Positions 26,647 to 38,210 of a stretch of 64,000 bases of DNA are shown in pieces (within the stretch, counting starts at the first letter, position 1; each line of letters opens with the position of its first letter). The stretch comes from Ptychomitrium polyphyllum (taxonomy: Eukaryota), in the NCBI GenBank assembly GCA_973851085.1, contig OZ316775.1, positions 17,422,001 through 17,486,000 of the forward strand, written 5' to 3'. The notes below the pieces were generated by a model that saw only the letters and a list, made by a program, of their open reading frames with translations, was not told the origin of the DNA and did not search any database. The position numbers and the translations under genes were made by a program.

Positions 26647-26660
26647 GGTCATGGGCCCAC
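26647..26660 (+). other. Primer-binding site complementary to the anticodon-proximal 5' half of tRNA-iMet
   Basis: GGTCATGGGCCCAC directly after LTR end CAATA; 13/14 complementary to GUGGGCCCAUAACC of plant tRNA-iMet (sequence recalled). Confidence 0.8.
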
Positions 26661-27375
26661 TCACACTTAGCTGTTCCTTTTAAAGTAGTTTGATGTGTTT
26701 GTAGTGGTTGTTCTTGTATGGAACAATTTTACTTGGTAGTTATTGAAGATTGAATTAGAAACAAGTAACTTTGGAATTTTTGCACATGTAGGTGCTTAGT
26801 TTGATGTTTTTAAGCTCTTGTAGGGTTGTAGATGTTGAAACTCCTTGGGTAGTGAGTTTTGTTTACTGATGATAAGACCTTGATAGTGTCTTTGTTGAAT
26901 TCCAGCTCCTTCCCACCAACTTGTTGTGCTTGGTGTTGTTGTCTTCTGAGTTCTTTGATAAAAATGCTTAGTGAGTGGACATAGTGAGTTGAAAAGCTTG
27001 TCTTCAGATTCATAGTTGTGGAGACATGTAAGAAGCATAGGAGTAAAAGAAATGGTTTGTTTGAAGGTACACTTGTTACCTCTCATTTTAAGGCATGGCT
27101 TTGAGTGAAGGTGAAGGTTTGAGGGTCATTCAAAAGTTTCATGGTGAAAACTTCTACCATTGGAAGGTTAGGATGGAGCTCTCATTGGCTTCTTTGAACC
27201 TTTGGGACATTATGGATGAGAATGAGGTTGTTCAACCATTATTGGCAAATGCAAAGCAGCGGCCCAATCCAAGTGGATAGTTGATTTGGACGCCACAAAG
27301 CACATGACTCCATACAAGTGCTCATTCCATACTTGTGAAGCAATTCCAGCCACTAGTATGCTCATAGATGACAAT

Positions 27376-28519
27376 TGTCGCAACCCTTGCAATGCACCTT
27401 AGCAAGCGTCACGCGCGTCAACCTTGTACACCCCCACATGCACATGGTTAACCTCCATTCTCACTTTCCAAGTCTTTCTACCATTTCACTTAGGACACCC
27501 AATTTATTAGTAGCCAATGGTTAGGTGCGAACTTTCATTCATGTCCAAGGCCTCCTTGGTGTTATTCCCATTCCACACGGCCTAACCGCACTTAGTGGTA
27601 TCTCCTCACCACCACTCATGATGCCCAAGTGATCCTAAGATCTCCCCGGGCCATCATGGTGCCGGCGTGAAGACACCACCCCAATTCAGTGGTAACAAGC
27701 GTACCCTTTTGAATGTGCTAGTTCTTTTTGTGCAACCGGCCGTCCACCGGCTCACAATGATGTGGGAGTCCCCGTGGTGAAGCCCCAACACTAGCTCTAT
27801 CAACCGAGACTCACCCTTAGTCTCTACCGGGACACTAGGGGAGTGAGGAGGGGAACCAGCCCTCCCTTATAGTACTCTCTGTGGGATTCGGCAGGCCCCC
27901 TGGCCCTCTGGAGCTAGCTAAACCCCGACACATCTAGAGTTTTGGAAGACCACCCGATCTTCCTTGGGACTTAGCCGTTGGATGCCTCCGGGACTCCTAG
28001 CGGACCTTTAGAGCGCCATATCTTCCTCATTTGGTGCCCAAATGTATCAAGCGACCACTCTATTGTCATCTACTCTTTACGTAGATGCCGATAGACTCCT
28101 CAAACGTCCAATTTGAGTTAGTGTTGTGGAAGATACGCCTCTCCCAAGGTTCGGGACTCCTGGGGAGTCCCTCCCTGGACTATCCCACTCCAGCATAGTC
28201 ACTGTGTAGGGCTGCCACACTCCAGGACAGCCCCTTGGCAACCCCAACTTTGGGGTGCGATAACTTTTAGCTCCCATGTCCGATTTGGGCAATCTTTAGC
28301 ATTCTAGAATCAGCTCTTCATGATTCCTTTAATGCCTACGATTTATCCCTTGCGGCCCTCCATCTACATGGGCAAGGATGTTTCTCCCCCTAGGAGTCCT
28401 TCCCATGTTAGGCCCACTCGGATCTCCTCACTATCGGCGCCACAAGTCCCGGACGTCACTTCGAGATCGCCATTGTACCCTTAGTGTTGCGGACACTCCT
28501 CAGGGCGAAGTGCACGACA
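27376..28519 (-). mobile_element. Solo LTR of the element-C family inserted in the copia-2 protease
   Basis: TGTCG...CGACA inverted termini, perfect TSD ACAAT (27371-27375, 28520-28524). Homologous to 42373-43188. Removal restores MLIDDNGLVKAIGM. Confidence 0.93.
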
Positions 28520-31500
28520 ACAATGGCTTGGTAAAGGCCATTGGAATGGATTCCATCGTAGTGGTGGTTGTTGTTGGATGCAAGACCAAAAGAATCACCT
28601 TCAAGGACGTGCTCCATGTGCCAAACATGAAACCCAACCTCCTCTCGATGAGCAAACTTGTGATGGGTGGGTTTGTGGTTCATTTCAAATTAAATGGATG
28701 TGTTGTGAAGTCATTGGGTGGAGATGTTGTTGCCACGGCGTTGAAGGATGGAAACTTGTACTTCATCAAGTGTAAGAAGGTGAAAAGAGGAGTGGTAGCG
28801 GCCTTTGCTGAATATACTCAAGATGAACCTAAGTTTGGCATATGGCATGTGCACCTTGGGCACCTTAATGACAAGGCCATGAAGGAATGCTAAGGCATGG
28901 TAAGCAGCTTAGATCTAGATATAACATGCCACAAGGCCAAAGAACTTGCTTGTGAAGGTTGCATCCAAGGCAAGCAACAAAGGCGTCGTTTCCAAGTGAA
29001 GTGGCAATTCGAGCAAGCACATTATTGGCGATTGTGCATTCCGACGTATGCGGGCCTATGAGGACTCCATCCATAGGGGGCGCAAGGTATTTCTTCACCT
29101 TTATTGATGATTTTTCAAGGAAAGTGTAGGTGTTCATTCTCAAAACCAAGAGAAAATGCTTTACAAGGTTCAAAGAGTTTAAGGTGCTTGTAGAGAAGCA
29201 ATGTGAATCCAAGATCAAGGTGTTGCATTCGGATAATGGTGGTGAGTTTTTATCCAAGCGTTTTGATGACTTGTTGAGGAGTGAAGGCATTGCAAGGCAA
29301 ACCTCCATTTCATACACTCCACAACAAAATGGAGTTGCTGAGAAGGCAAACCGCACCATTGTGGAGATGGCAAGGAGTATGCTTCATGCTCAACATCTTG
29401 GGCATGAATTGTGGGCGGAAGCGGTAGTGAATGCGGTGTACACAAAGAATAGGTGCCCCACAAGTGCCCTTGCATCTATAACCCTTGAAGAAGCTTGCAG
29501 TGATAAGAAACCTTGTGTTTCACACATGATGACCTTTAAATGCCTTGCATATGCAATTGTTCTAGATTGCATGAAATCCAAGCTTGATGCAAAGGGTACA
29601 AAGTGTGTGTTTGTTGGTTATTGTGAAGGCAGAAAAGCGTATAGATTGATGTGTGTGGAAAGCAAGAAGATCATCAAGAGCCGTAATGTTGAGTTCTTGG
29701 ATTACAAGAGTGCTTGTGAGCGCTTGGGGATGTGTTCAAGTCGGAGTAATGGTGTGATTGTGAATACATCCTCCACTTCAACCAAAGAAGAAGGTGGAGA
29801 TGTGGATGGAGGTGAAGGAACAATGGAAGGGGATGGCAAGGCAACTTCCACCCTGAAGACCAGTCGAGGAACCTCACAAGATGATGGTGAGCATCTTCAT
29901 CCAAGTGAGAAATATCAACCTCTAAGTGAAGGAGAAGTGGATGCATTACAAGAGGACAAGCTTGCAATGAGTGGTAGGAGGTACTCCATGAAGGAAATGA
30001 GGGCACCTGGTGATTGGTGGAAGAACCACATGTTTTCCAAAGTGAGTGCAGAACATGCCAATGTTGCCCTCCTTGTTGATCTTTTAACTATGTGCGATGC
30101 CTTGAAGTCCACGGATGCCATGAAGTGGGAGAAAACCATGGAAGAGGAGTATAAGTTGTTCATGGACAATGGCACATGGCACTTGACTCAACTTCCTCCA
30201 AATCATTCTTTCATAGGTTGCAAGTGGGTGTTTAAAACCAAGAGGGATGCATTGGGTGCAGTTGTGAGGCACAAGGCAAGACTAATTGCCAAAAGATACT
30301 CACAAGTTGTTAGTATGGACTTCAATGAGACATTTGCACCAGTGGCCAAGTTCACCACCATTAGGACCTTCTTGGCCATAGCAGCGGCAATGGACTTGGA
30401 GGTCCATTAGATGGATGTGAAGACGGCCTTTTTAAATGGAGACTTGGAAGAAGACACCTACATGGAGCAACTTCCAAGCTTTGTGCATGAAGGCTTGGAG
30501 CACCTTGCTTGCAGGTTGAAGAAGGCCTTATACGGATTGAAGCAATCACCAAGGGCTTGGTACCAACGCATTGATGCATTCTTTAGAAAGGAAGGGTTTG
30601 TGAGATGCGAGGCGGATCATTCCTTGTATGTGATGAAAACCATGGAGTTCTTGTGGATTGTGATTTTGTATGTGTATGACTTAATCATGTTGGCCAACCT
30701 TTTGGAGAAGCTAGAATGGTTGAAGGCCAAATTAGAGCTGCAGTTTGAGATGAGTGATTTGGGTGAGTTGCATTATTGTCTTGGAGTGTAGTTTGTGAGA
30801 TATTGTGCAAAGAGGACCATCACCATGAGCTAGAGGAAGTAAATTGAAGACGTGTTCAAGCGATTCGACATAAAAGACTGCAAGCTAGTGGGAACGCCCT
30901 TGGAGGCTAACTTGAGGTTGATGAAGCTAAGTGATGAGGAGTATGCTCAAGTGAGGGGCGAAATGCAAGGCGTTCCATACAAAGCAATAGTAGGGTACCT
31001 CCTGTATGTCATGGTGGTCACAAGGTTTGATCTTGCATTTTTTATGAGTATTGTGAGCCTACACATGTCTAAGGCCAGTTGCATGCATTAGGCAACCATC
31101 ATTAGGATCATGAGGTACTTGAAGGGCAACTTGGACTTTGTACTGTGTTTGGAAGGTGCTAATGTTGAGTTGCAGGGATTTTGTGATGCGGATTGGGTTG
31201 GAGATGCAAATAATAGGCACTCCACTGCAGAATACGTGTTCTTTGTTGGAGTGGAAGCCATCTCTTGGAACTGCAAGAGGCAACCCACAAATGCAAGGTC
31301 AACTATGGAGGCGGAGTATATGGCGCCAAGTCATGGTGCAATGGAAGCAATGTGGCAGAGGCAAGTCTTGGAGGACATTAGACTCTTACAAATGGATGTA
31401 ACGCCCATCATGTATGACAATCAAGGATGTCTTGTCTTTGCCTAGAATTCCAAGTACCACTTACGAACAACGGACATTGACATCCAACATCACTTCATAA

Positions 31501-31655
31501 GAGAGAAGATTGAAGATGGAGTGATAGATATGAAGTATTGTTCAATAGAAGGTATGTTTGCTGATTTGTTGACAAAAGCATTGGTAAAAGATAGACACCA
31601 CTTGTTAATAAGGTCAATTGGATTAAAGGTCCTTTGACCAATAGCAAAGTGGGAG

Positions 31656-32123
31656 TGTTGCAAAGTATAAAACATATAAAGTGATCCTTGTTGAAGTTTG
31701 TTTGTGTAGGATTAGAGCTTGATAGGTTGCTAATAGTCAAAGGAGTGTCAAGAAAGAGGCCATAGAGAATATGGAGGCTAGGGTTAAGAAATGGCAACTA
31801 GGATTTTGTATGGTGGCTCGGATTAAGAAACGGCAACAATAATTTTATAAGGCGGCTAGGGTTAAGGCGGTTGATTAAGCTAGGGCGGCCATTATGGATA
31901 GGGCAGCGGCTACAGCGGCTATGACCACTAGAGTTTGCCCCGACTTCTCACGTATTTAGTGAAGGCAAATGCATGACCACCAAGTGGCACACTTTAGTGG
32001 ATGACTCCCAAGTATAAGTAAAAGGGTTTTGGAAGTGGGAGTCATCTTGCTCTAGACTTTTCTTGTTGCCATTTTACTCTCTCTTCGTGCTTATTGTATT
32101 AGCATTGATGCATCTCTTTAATA
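31656..32123 (+). repeat. 3' LTR of copia-2
   Basis: Starts TGTTG after the PPT and aligns with 26245-26646. Confidence 0.85.
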
Positions 32124-33102
32124 CCGCTTTTGTACCTTTTCCAACAAAAGTTTGGTTTTCTTCAACATTTATATGCGCTTTTCGGCCAAGTCTTTCCAGC
32201 TTGATTTAACTCTATTGTTGAATGTTCCCCTTCGAGAGCTAAGTCAGCAGGCTAGAGTGGCTCCACTCCATCGGCCACCTTACAAGTCAATTGGTTTGTT
32301 GCCGAATGATTGGATGTTTCGTAATAGAATTCTGCTAGGCTCACATAATCCATCCAATCGCACTAATTAGCACTCACAAAGTCCCATAAGTATTGGTCCA
32401 AGACTCCATTCACTTTTCCAATTGTTCTTCCGTTCAAGGATGGAAGGTAGTGCTTTTCATGGACATATATCAGGCAATAGAGTCCTAAAAACATTCTAAA
32501 ACCTTCTAGTGTACTATAATAGCTTCTAAGAATACTTGTAAATGTTTCCAAAGCCTTTTCATGTTCTTAGGAAGCTTCATTGGACAGTTCTTCTACCTCC
32601 GGAAATTTCCTAAGAAGGTTCTATTTTCTTCGGTCACTTCTAAAGAACCTTCCTACAAAGATTCCATCATCTTAGAAAGCTTCCATAGAAAGTTCTACCA
32701 CCTCAAGAAACTTCCTTAGAAGGTTTTAGTTCTTCAAGAAACTTCCTAAGAACGTTCCACTACCTTACAAAACTTCTAAGGAAGGTTCCAACTCCTAAGA
32801 AGCTTCTTAGGTAGGTTCCAACATCTTAGGAAACTTCTTAGGAAGATTCTCTAGACTTCCAAAACATCCTTAAGCCTTGTAGGAAGCTTCTTTGGAAGTG
32901 TCCTACGAGGTATAAGCGTCATAGTGTAAATAGGAGGCAATAGAAGGTATTCCTTAGTCTTGCCATACAAGTTGTGGATCATCTTGAATCCTGCCTTGTT
33001 CTAGTCTCTGTATCAAAGTTCTTGATAATCATTACCTCTTTGGAAGCTAATTCTTGAAAAACACTTCGTTTTTGCTTCTTGTTTCTTGTGTCCCTATCAA
33101 TT

Positions 33103-33113
33103 TGGCAAGACTA
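33103..33113 (+). other. Self-priming-type PBS of element B
   Basis: TGGCAAGACTA is the exact reverse complement of TAGTCTTGCCA (32955-32965) in the LTR, ~30 nt downstream of the TATA position. Confidence 0.8.
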
Positions 33114-36100
33114 CTTTCCATCTATGTCAAAGCTAGGGTTCCTTGAAGAAGATTGTGGATTACCCATTTTTTTTAGGCTTCCATAGCGTCTTAGAGGTTG
33201 CAGAATATCCTTTTCTAAGCTGGCACCATAGAGCTGGTTTTTCCTTCTAAACTAAGTATTACTTCTTTCAAAGGTCGCGGAATACTTTCCTTTACAAGCC
33301 TATATCCAAAGGTTGTTCGATTGCAAGAGGCAAATATTGGAAGAGAAGATTTCCGTCGAACCCACTCAGAGCCAAAGATTAGTATGCCAGACAAGTTTGA
33401 TGGATCAAGATCGAAATTGAGAGACTTTGTTCAACAAGTAAGACTCTTCTTTAGTTCGCATCAATCTCGCTATCCTGATGGCACTACTCAAGTCGGATTT
33501 GTGGCCACTCTTTTATCAAACAATGCACTATCATGGTTTGCACCACTAATGGAGAAGCAGTCACCATTATTGAACAACTTAGATGCTTTTATAGAAGCAT
33601 TGACATCTACTTTTGGAGACACCGACCGAGAGAAGGTGGCTGAGACAAGGATCCAGAGTCTCCAACAAGGACAGCGCTCAGCTGCTACATATGCTGCAGA
33701 GTTTTGACAATTAGCTTGCTACCTTGATTGGAATGATAAAGCCTTGGTCACAAGATTTCGATGGGGCTTAAGAGAGAATGTAAAGGATTTGCTACTCACA
33801 ATGCCAAGAGTTGAAACATTGGACGAATTCATCACTCAAGCAATAGCATGTGACAACAGACTATTTGAGAGGCGCTAAGAACAACGCTTGGGATGGCGAC
33901 CAGTACATCAAAGCATGGCTACCACTTCTTCAAAAATATTGGAAAGCCGACCACAAGAACCAGGTCCTATGTAAATCGATAATGCCCGGATTAGACGTTT
34001 GACTCCAGAAGAAAAAGAAAGGCGTCAAAGAGAAAACCTATATTTGTATTGTGGCAAGTTTGGACATAAAGTGCACAATTGCCAAATCAAAGGATTTGCC
34101 TTTACGGCTCAAAGCACGTTGGTAGAGTTGGAAAACGAGGCTGTTCAGTTACAGTAGAAACCATGCGATTAGACACCATAAAGAAACAACCATGAAATCA
34201 AGGTCTCTTACTACCTTCAAGCCCTACTTCTTGTTTTACATTTCCTATCAAAATTAAATTGTTAGATGATGAAATAATTAGTGAGGCTCTTTTAGACACT
34301 GTGCAATAGCATGTTGTATGGACAAGGATTTTGCAACCAAACATCACATGGTCCTTGTGAAGAAAAAATACCCCGCACTTGTTGAAATTATTGATGGACG
34401 ATCTCTTGCATTTGGCAACATTATTGAAGAAACTCAACCCCTGGAGGTTATTTTAGAAGATCAAACATGTAAGATTATCTTCAACATCATTCGATGCCAA
34501 ACAAATCCAATTGTTTTGAGTCTTCCTTGGTTTGAATTACATAATCTAGACATTGACTGGCGCTCACAGAGTGTGGTGTTAAGGAAAAGACGCCAAGGTA
34601 TGAGAAATCTTGGACCATCATTTATTGGAGCTAAGGCATTTATGAGAGCAGCAAAAGATGAACCAATCTATGCCATTTATGCCACGCCAATGTCCAGCTC
34701 TACAATAGAAACTAATTATAAAATAGCTTATGAATATCAAGATTATAAAGACGTTTTTGAAAAGAAAAATGCGGATATGTTATCAATGCACCAACCTTAT
34801 AATTGTACCATTGAGATACAAGAAGGAGCCCAACCACATTTTGGACCTATTTATAACTTATCACAAACTGAATTGACTCCCTTGAGATAATATATTGATG
34901 AAAACCTGGGAAAGGGTTTTGTTACCACTCTAAATCACCAGCTAGAGCACCTATTGTATTTGTAAGAAAAGAAGATGGATCATTATGTATGTGCATGGAC
35001 TATTGAGGCCTCAACAAAGTGACTTAGAAGAACTGCTATCCATTACCATTAATCTCAGGACTCCTACAACAACTTGGTCAAGCAAAGATATTCACCAAAA
35101 TTGATTTTAGAGAAGCCTACAATCTTGTACGTATAAAAGAAAGGGACAAATGGAAGACAACTTTTCAATCTAGGTATGGTCATTTTGAAAACAATGTCAT
35201 GCCTATTGGCCTTACTAATGCCCCTGCAGTCTTCCAATATATGATAAATGATATCTTCCATGAACAGTTGGACGATTTTGTAGTCATCTATTTACCATAC
35301 ATTTCGATTTAATCCAAAGATGAACAAGATCACAGATGTCATGAGCGACAAGTTCCAGGAAAATTATGCCAGTGAGGATTACATGCCAAATTAGAGAAGT
35401 ACCTTTTTCATGAATCTTCAGTTGAATTTTTAGGCTATTTCATTTCCAAAAGAAGAATCCATATGGATAAGAAGAAAATAAGCACTATCATGGAATGGAC
35501 TACATCAAGATCAATTTGAAATGTTCAATGCTTCTTAAAATTTGCAAACTTCTACAAGATATATATCAAAGATTATTCCAAGTTTGCGATATTATTAACA
35601 CGTCCTACGGGGAAGCAAAAATTCATTTGGAACGGAGAAGCGGAAATAACAATTCAAAGTCTTAACAAGTCATTTATGTCGGCTCCATTCTTATTCATCC
35701 ACATCCATCAAAGCCTTTCTATTTGGAAGCGGATGCCTTAGATTGTGCACTTGGCTCAGTATTTTCACAATATGATGAAGACGAGAGACTTCACCCTCTT
35801 GCCTTTTGTCCAAGGAACTTCTCAGCGGTAGAGATCAATTATAACATACATGATAAAGAACCACTTGCAATTGTGGATGCATTTGAGGAATAATGACACT
35901 TATTGGAAGGAACTCAACATACCATTACAATATATTCAATCTAGAAGAACCTGGAGTATTTCATGAGTGCGCATGTTTTGAATTGCCGTCAAGCAAGGTG
36001 GAGTATGTTGCTTCCAGCTTTGACTTTGTCATTATCTATCGATTTGGTAGCTTACAAGATAAGCCAGATGCCTCATCTCAAAGATGTAATTTAGCTCCTC

Positions 36101-37431
36101 AACCTCGAGATGATGTTTTGTATCAATAAAGGACTATTTTATTGAAACCAAAGAATCTGCGATTGAAAGCAGCCATTATTACAACAACATCCCATTTTGA
36201 CAAAATTCAGAAGGCTTTGAAGAATGACGTCTTTGTTTCAAATATAAAGAAGCGCCTCAAAGACAATGGAGGTCCTTCCAATAATAATGAGAACTTTGAA
36301 TTCCAAGAGGGCCTACTTTATTATAAAGGACTTTTGTACCTACGTCCAGGCCCTTTGCGCTTGAAGATCCTTCAAACAAGTCATGATTTTCCAGCAGCAG
36401 GAGTTGATTGCTAGAGACTATTGGTGGCCACAAATGTGGAAGTACGTGAAGGACTTTGTTTACTCATGCGACATTTGTGCAAGAGTCAAGATACTAAGAC
36501 ACCAATCTCATGATCTCCTCTATTTGCTTCTAGTGCCAAAGGGCCCATGGTTGTCTTTATCAATGGATTTTATCACGGACCTTCCAAACTCTCATTCTAA
36601 GGATTCTATTTTGATAGTGGTGGATCAATTTACCAAAATGGCACATTTCATTCCATGCAACAAGACGGTAACAAGAGAAGAAACTGCCAAGTTGTTCATA
36701 AATCACGTCTACCGCATACATGGACTATCAGATGATATTGTATCCGATCGGGGGCCGCAATTCATATCCAACTTTTGGAAGGCTCTATTCAAGCTGTTGC
36801 GTGTGAAAATCAATCTTTTTTTAGCACACCTTCCGCAAACTGATGGCCAAACCGAACGTGTGAATCAAATTTTGGAGCAATACCTTTGTTGTAGCATAAA
36901 CTACCAGCAAGACAATTGGATGGATCTCTTGTCTTTGGCAAAATTTGCTTATATCAATACGGTACATTCTTCAACAACTCAAAGTCCATTCTTTGCAAAC
37001 TATGGGCATCATCCTTGAGTAGATCCATTTCAAGTGAAGCATGTTGGAAGTCCTGCAGCAGAGGATTTTGCAATTCAACTTGCTAAAATCCATCAAGTAA
37101 TTACCTTCCAATTACAACAAGCTCAAAATCGTTACAAAACTTATGCTGATTGCCATCGAAAGGACCATCCAATGTTCAAGGTTGGAGATAGCGTATGGCT
37201 CCTACGACAAAATATACAAACAAAAAGACCATCAAAGAAGTTGGGCTATCAAAGGCTGGGATCGTTTGAAATCAGCAAATAGATATATCATATTAGTTAT
37301 TGCATAAGCTACCACTAAGCATGCAAATTCATCCAATATTCTACGTATCATTGTTGTTAACCTTTAATTAATCAAATATACCAGAGAGAATAGTCCTTCC
37401 ACCTCCTCCGCTGGAAATCAATAATGAAATT

Positions 37432-37611
37432 GAATATGAAGTGGAAAAGATCTTAGATTCACGCATCAAGAACGGACGTGTAGAGTACCTTATACATTGG
37501 CAAGGATATGGCATCAATGACCGCACATCGAAACCTTCAACGAATGTAACAAATGCATTCGAGAAGGTACGCAAATTTCATCAAAGATATCCTCAAAAAC
37601 CAGGACAGTGA
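37432..37611 (+). pseudogene. Chromodomain at the C-terminus of element B integrase
   Basis: EYEVEKILDSRIKNGRVEYLIHWQGYGINDRTSKP... Confidence 0.9.
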
Positions 37612-37751
37612 TGATGTGTCATCTGTAGCCGTTAGCTTCACATAGAAGTTTTTCCTTCATAGATAAGTATAAGAAGGGTGGAGAGATATCTAAACCTCCA
37701 ATTATATGTTGCATTATTTCCAAGATAGATCATTTTTAGATCCTAGCTAAT

Positions 37752-38210
37752 ATGTCAAATCTTTGTGTTATCATAGATATGAGTGAAGAGCGGTCGGCCA
37801 CGCTTTCATCAACAACAGCATTTGTTGAGCCAACTCAACTTTCTTAGCCCTTAGATACGGAGGATTTAAGTCAAGATATGAGAGGAACATTCCAATGACG
37901 ACTATGACTTTGTGCAAAAGTATTGGCTAGTTGCCCTTTACATTCTTATCTTGATTCAGATTCTCGCGCTCTAATCAACTTATTAGAAATTGAAAGAGCC
38001 ACTCCTAGAGGACCCAAAATCTTGTTTGGAAGTTGTTTTGAAGGACTTAATCAAAATCAAATCTTGGGATGGAACATCTCAACAATACAAGTCTTGGCAA
38101 GTGGTCATCGACGCTTCTTGCAAGGACCAATTGAACGAGTGAACAAAGAACAACGAGCAGAGTATGTTGCTTCACTCCTTCAACAAATTTTGGAATTTGT
38201 AGAAATGTGA
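37752..38210 (+). pseudogene. Extra 3' ORF (~152 aa, unknown function) between the chromodomain and PPT; homologue in element A at ~20880-21336 (-)
   Basis: Starts ATG MSNLCVII and ends ILEFVEM*. The two copies are colinear and their stops fall at different codons. Confidence 0.65.

Larger units (their letters stand above)
26245..32123 (+). mobile_element. Degenerate Ty1/copia element (copia-2), same family as copia-1; most of gag deleted
   Basis: 5' LTR ~26245-26646, PBS 26647-26660, gag ATG 27095 jumping to protease (WIVDLDATKH) at ~27270. IN-RT ORF 29130-30410 (HSDNGGEF, TPQQNGVAE, IGCKWVFK), RT/RH to ~31635. PPT AAAGTGGGAG, then 3' LTR 31656-32123. Confidence 0.93.

Noticed and set aside
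29130..30410. 426-aa ORF as an active gene
   Set aside because: It is an IN-RT fragment of copia-2, with gag deleted, protease interrupted and stops on both sides.
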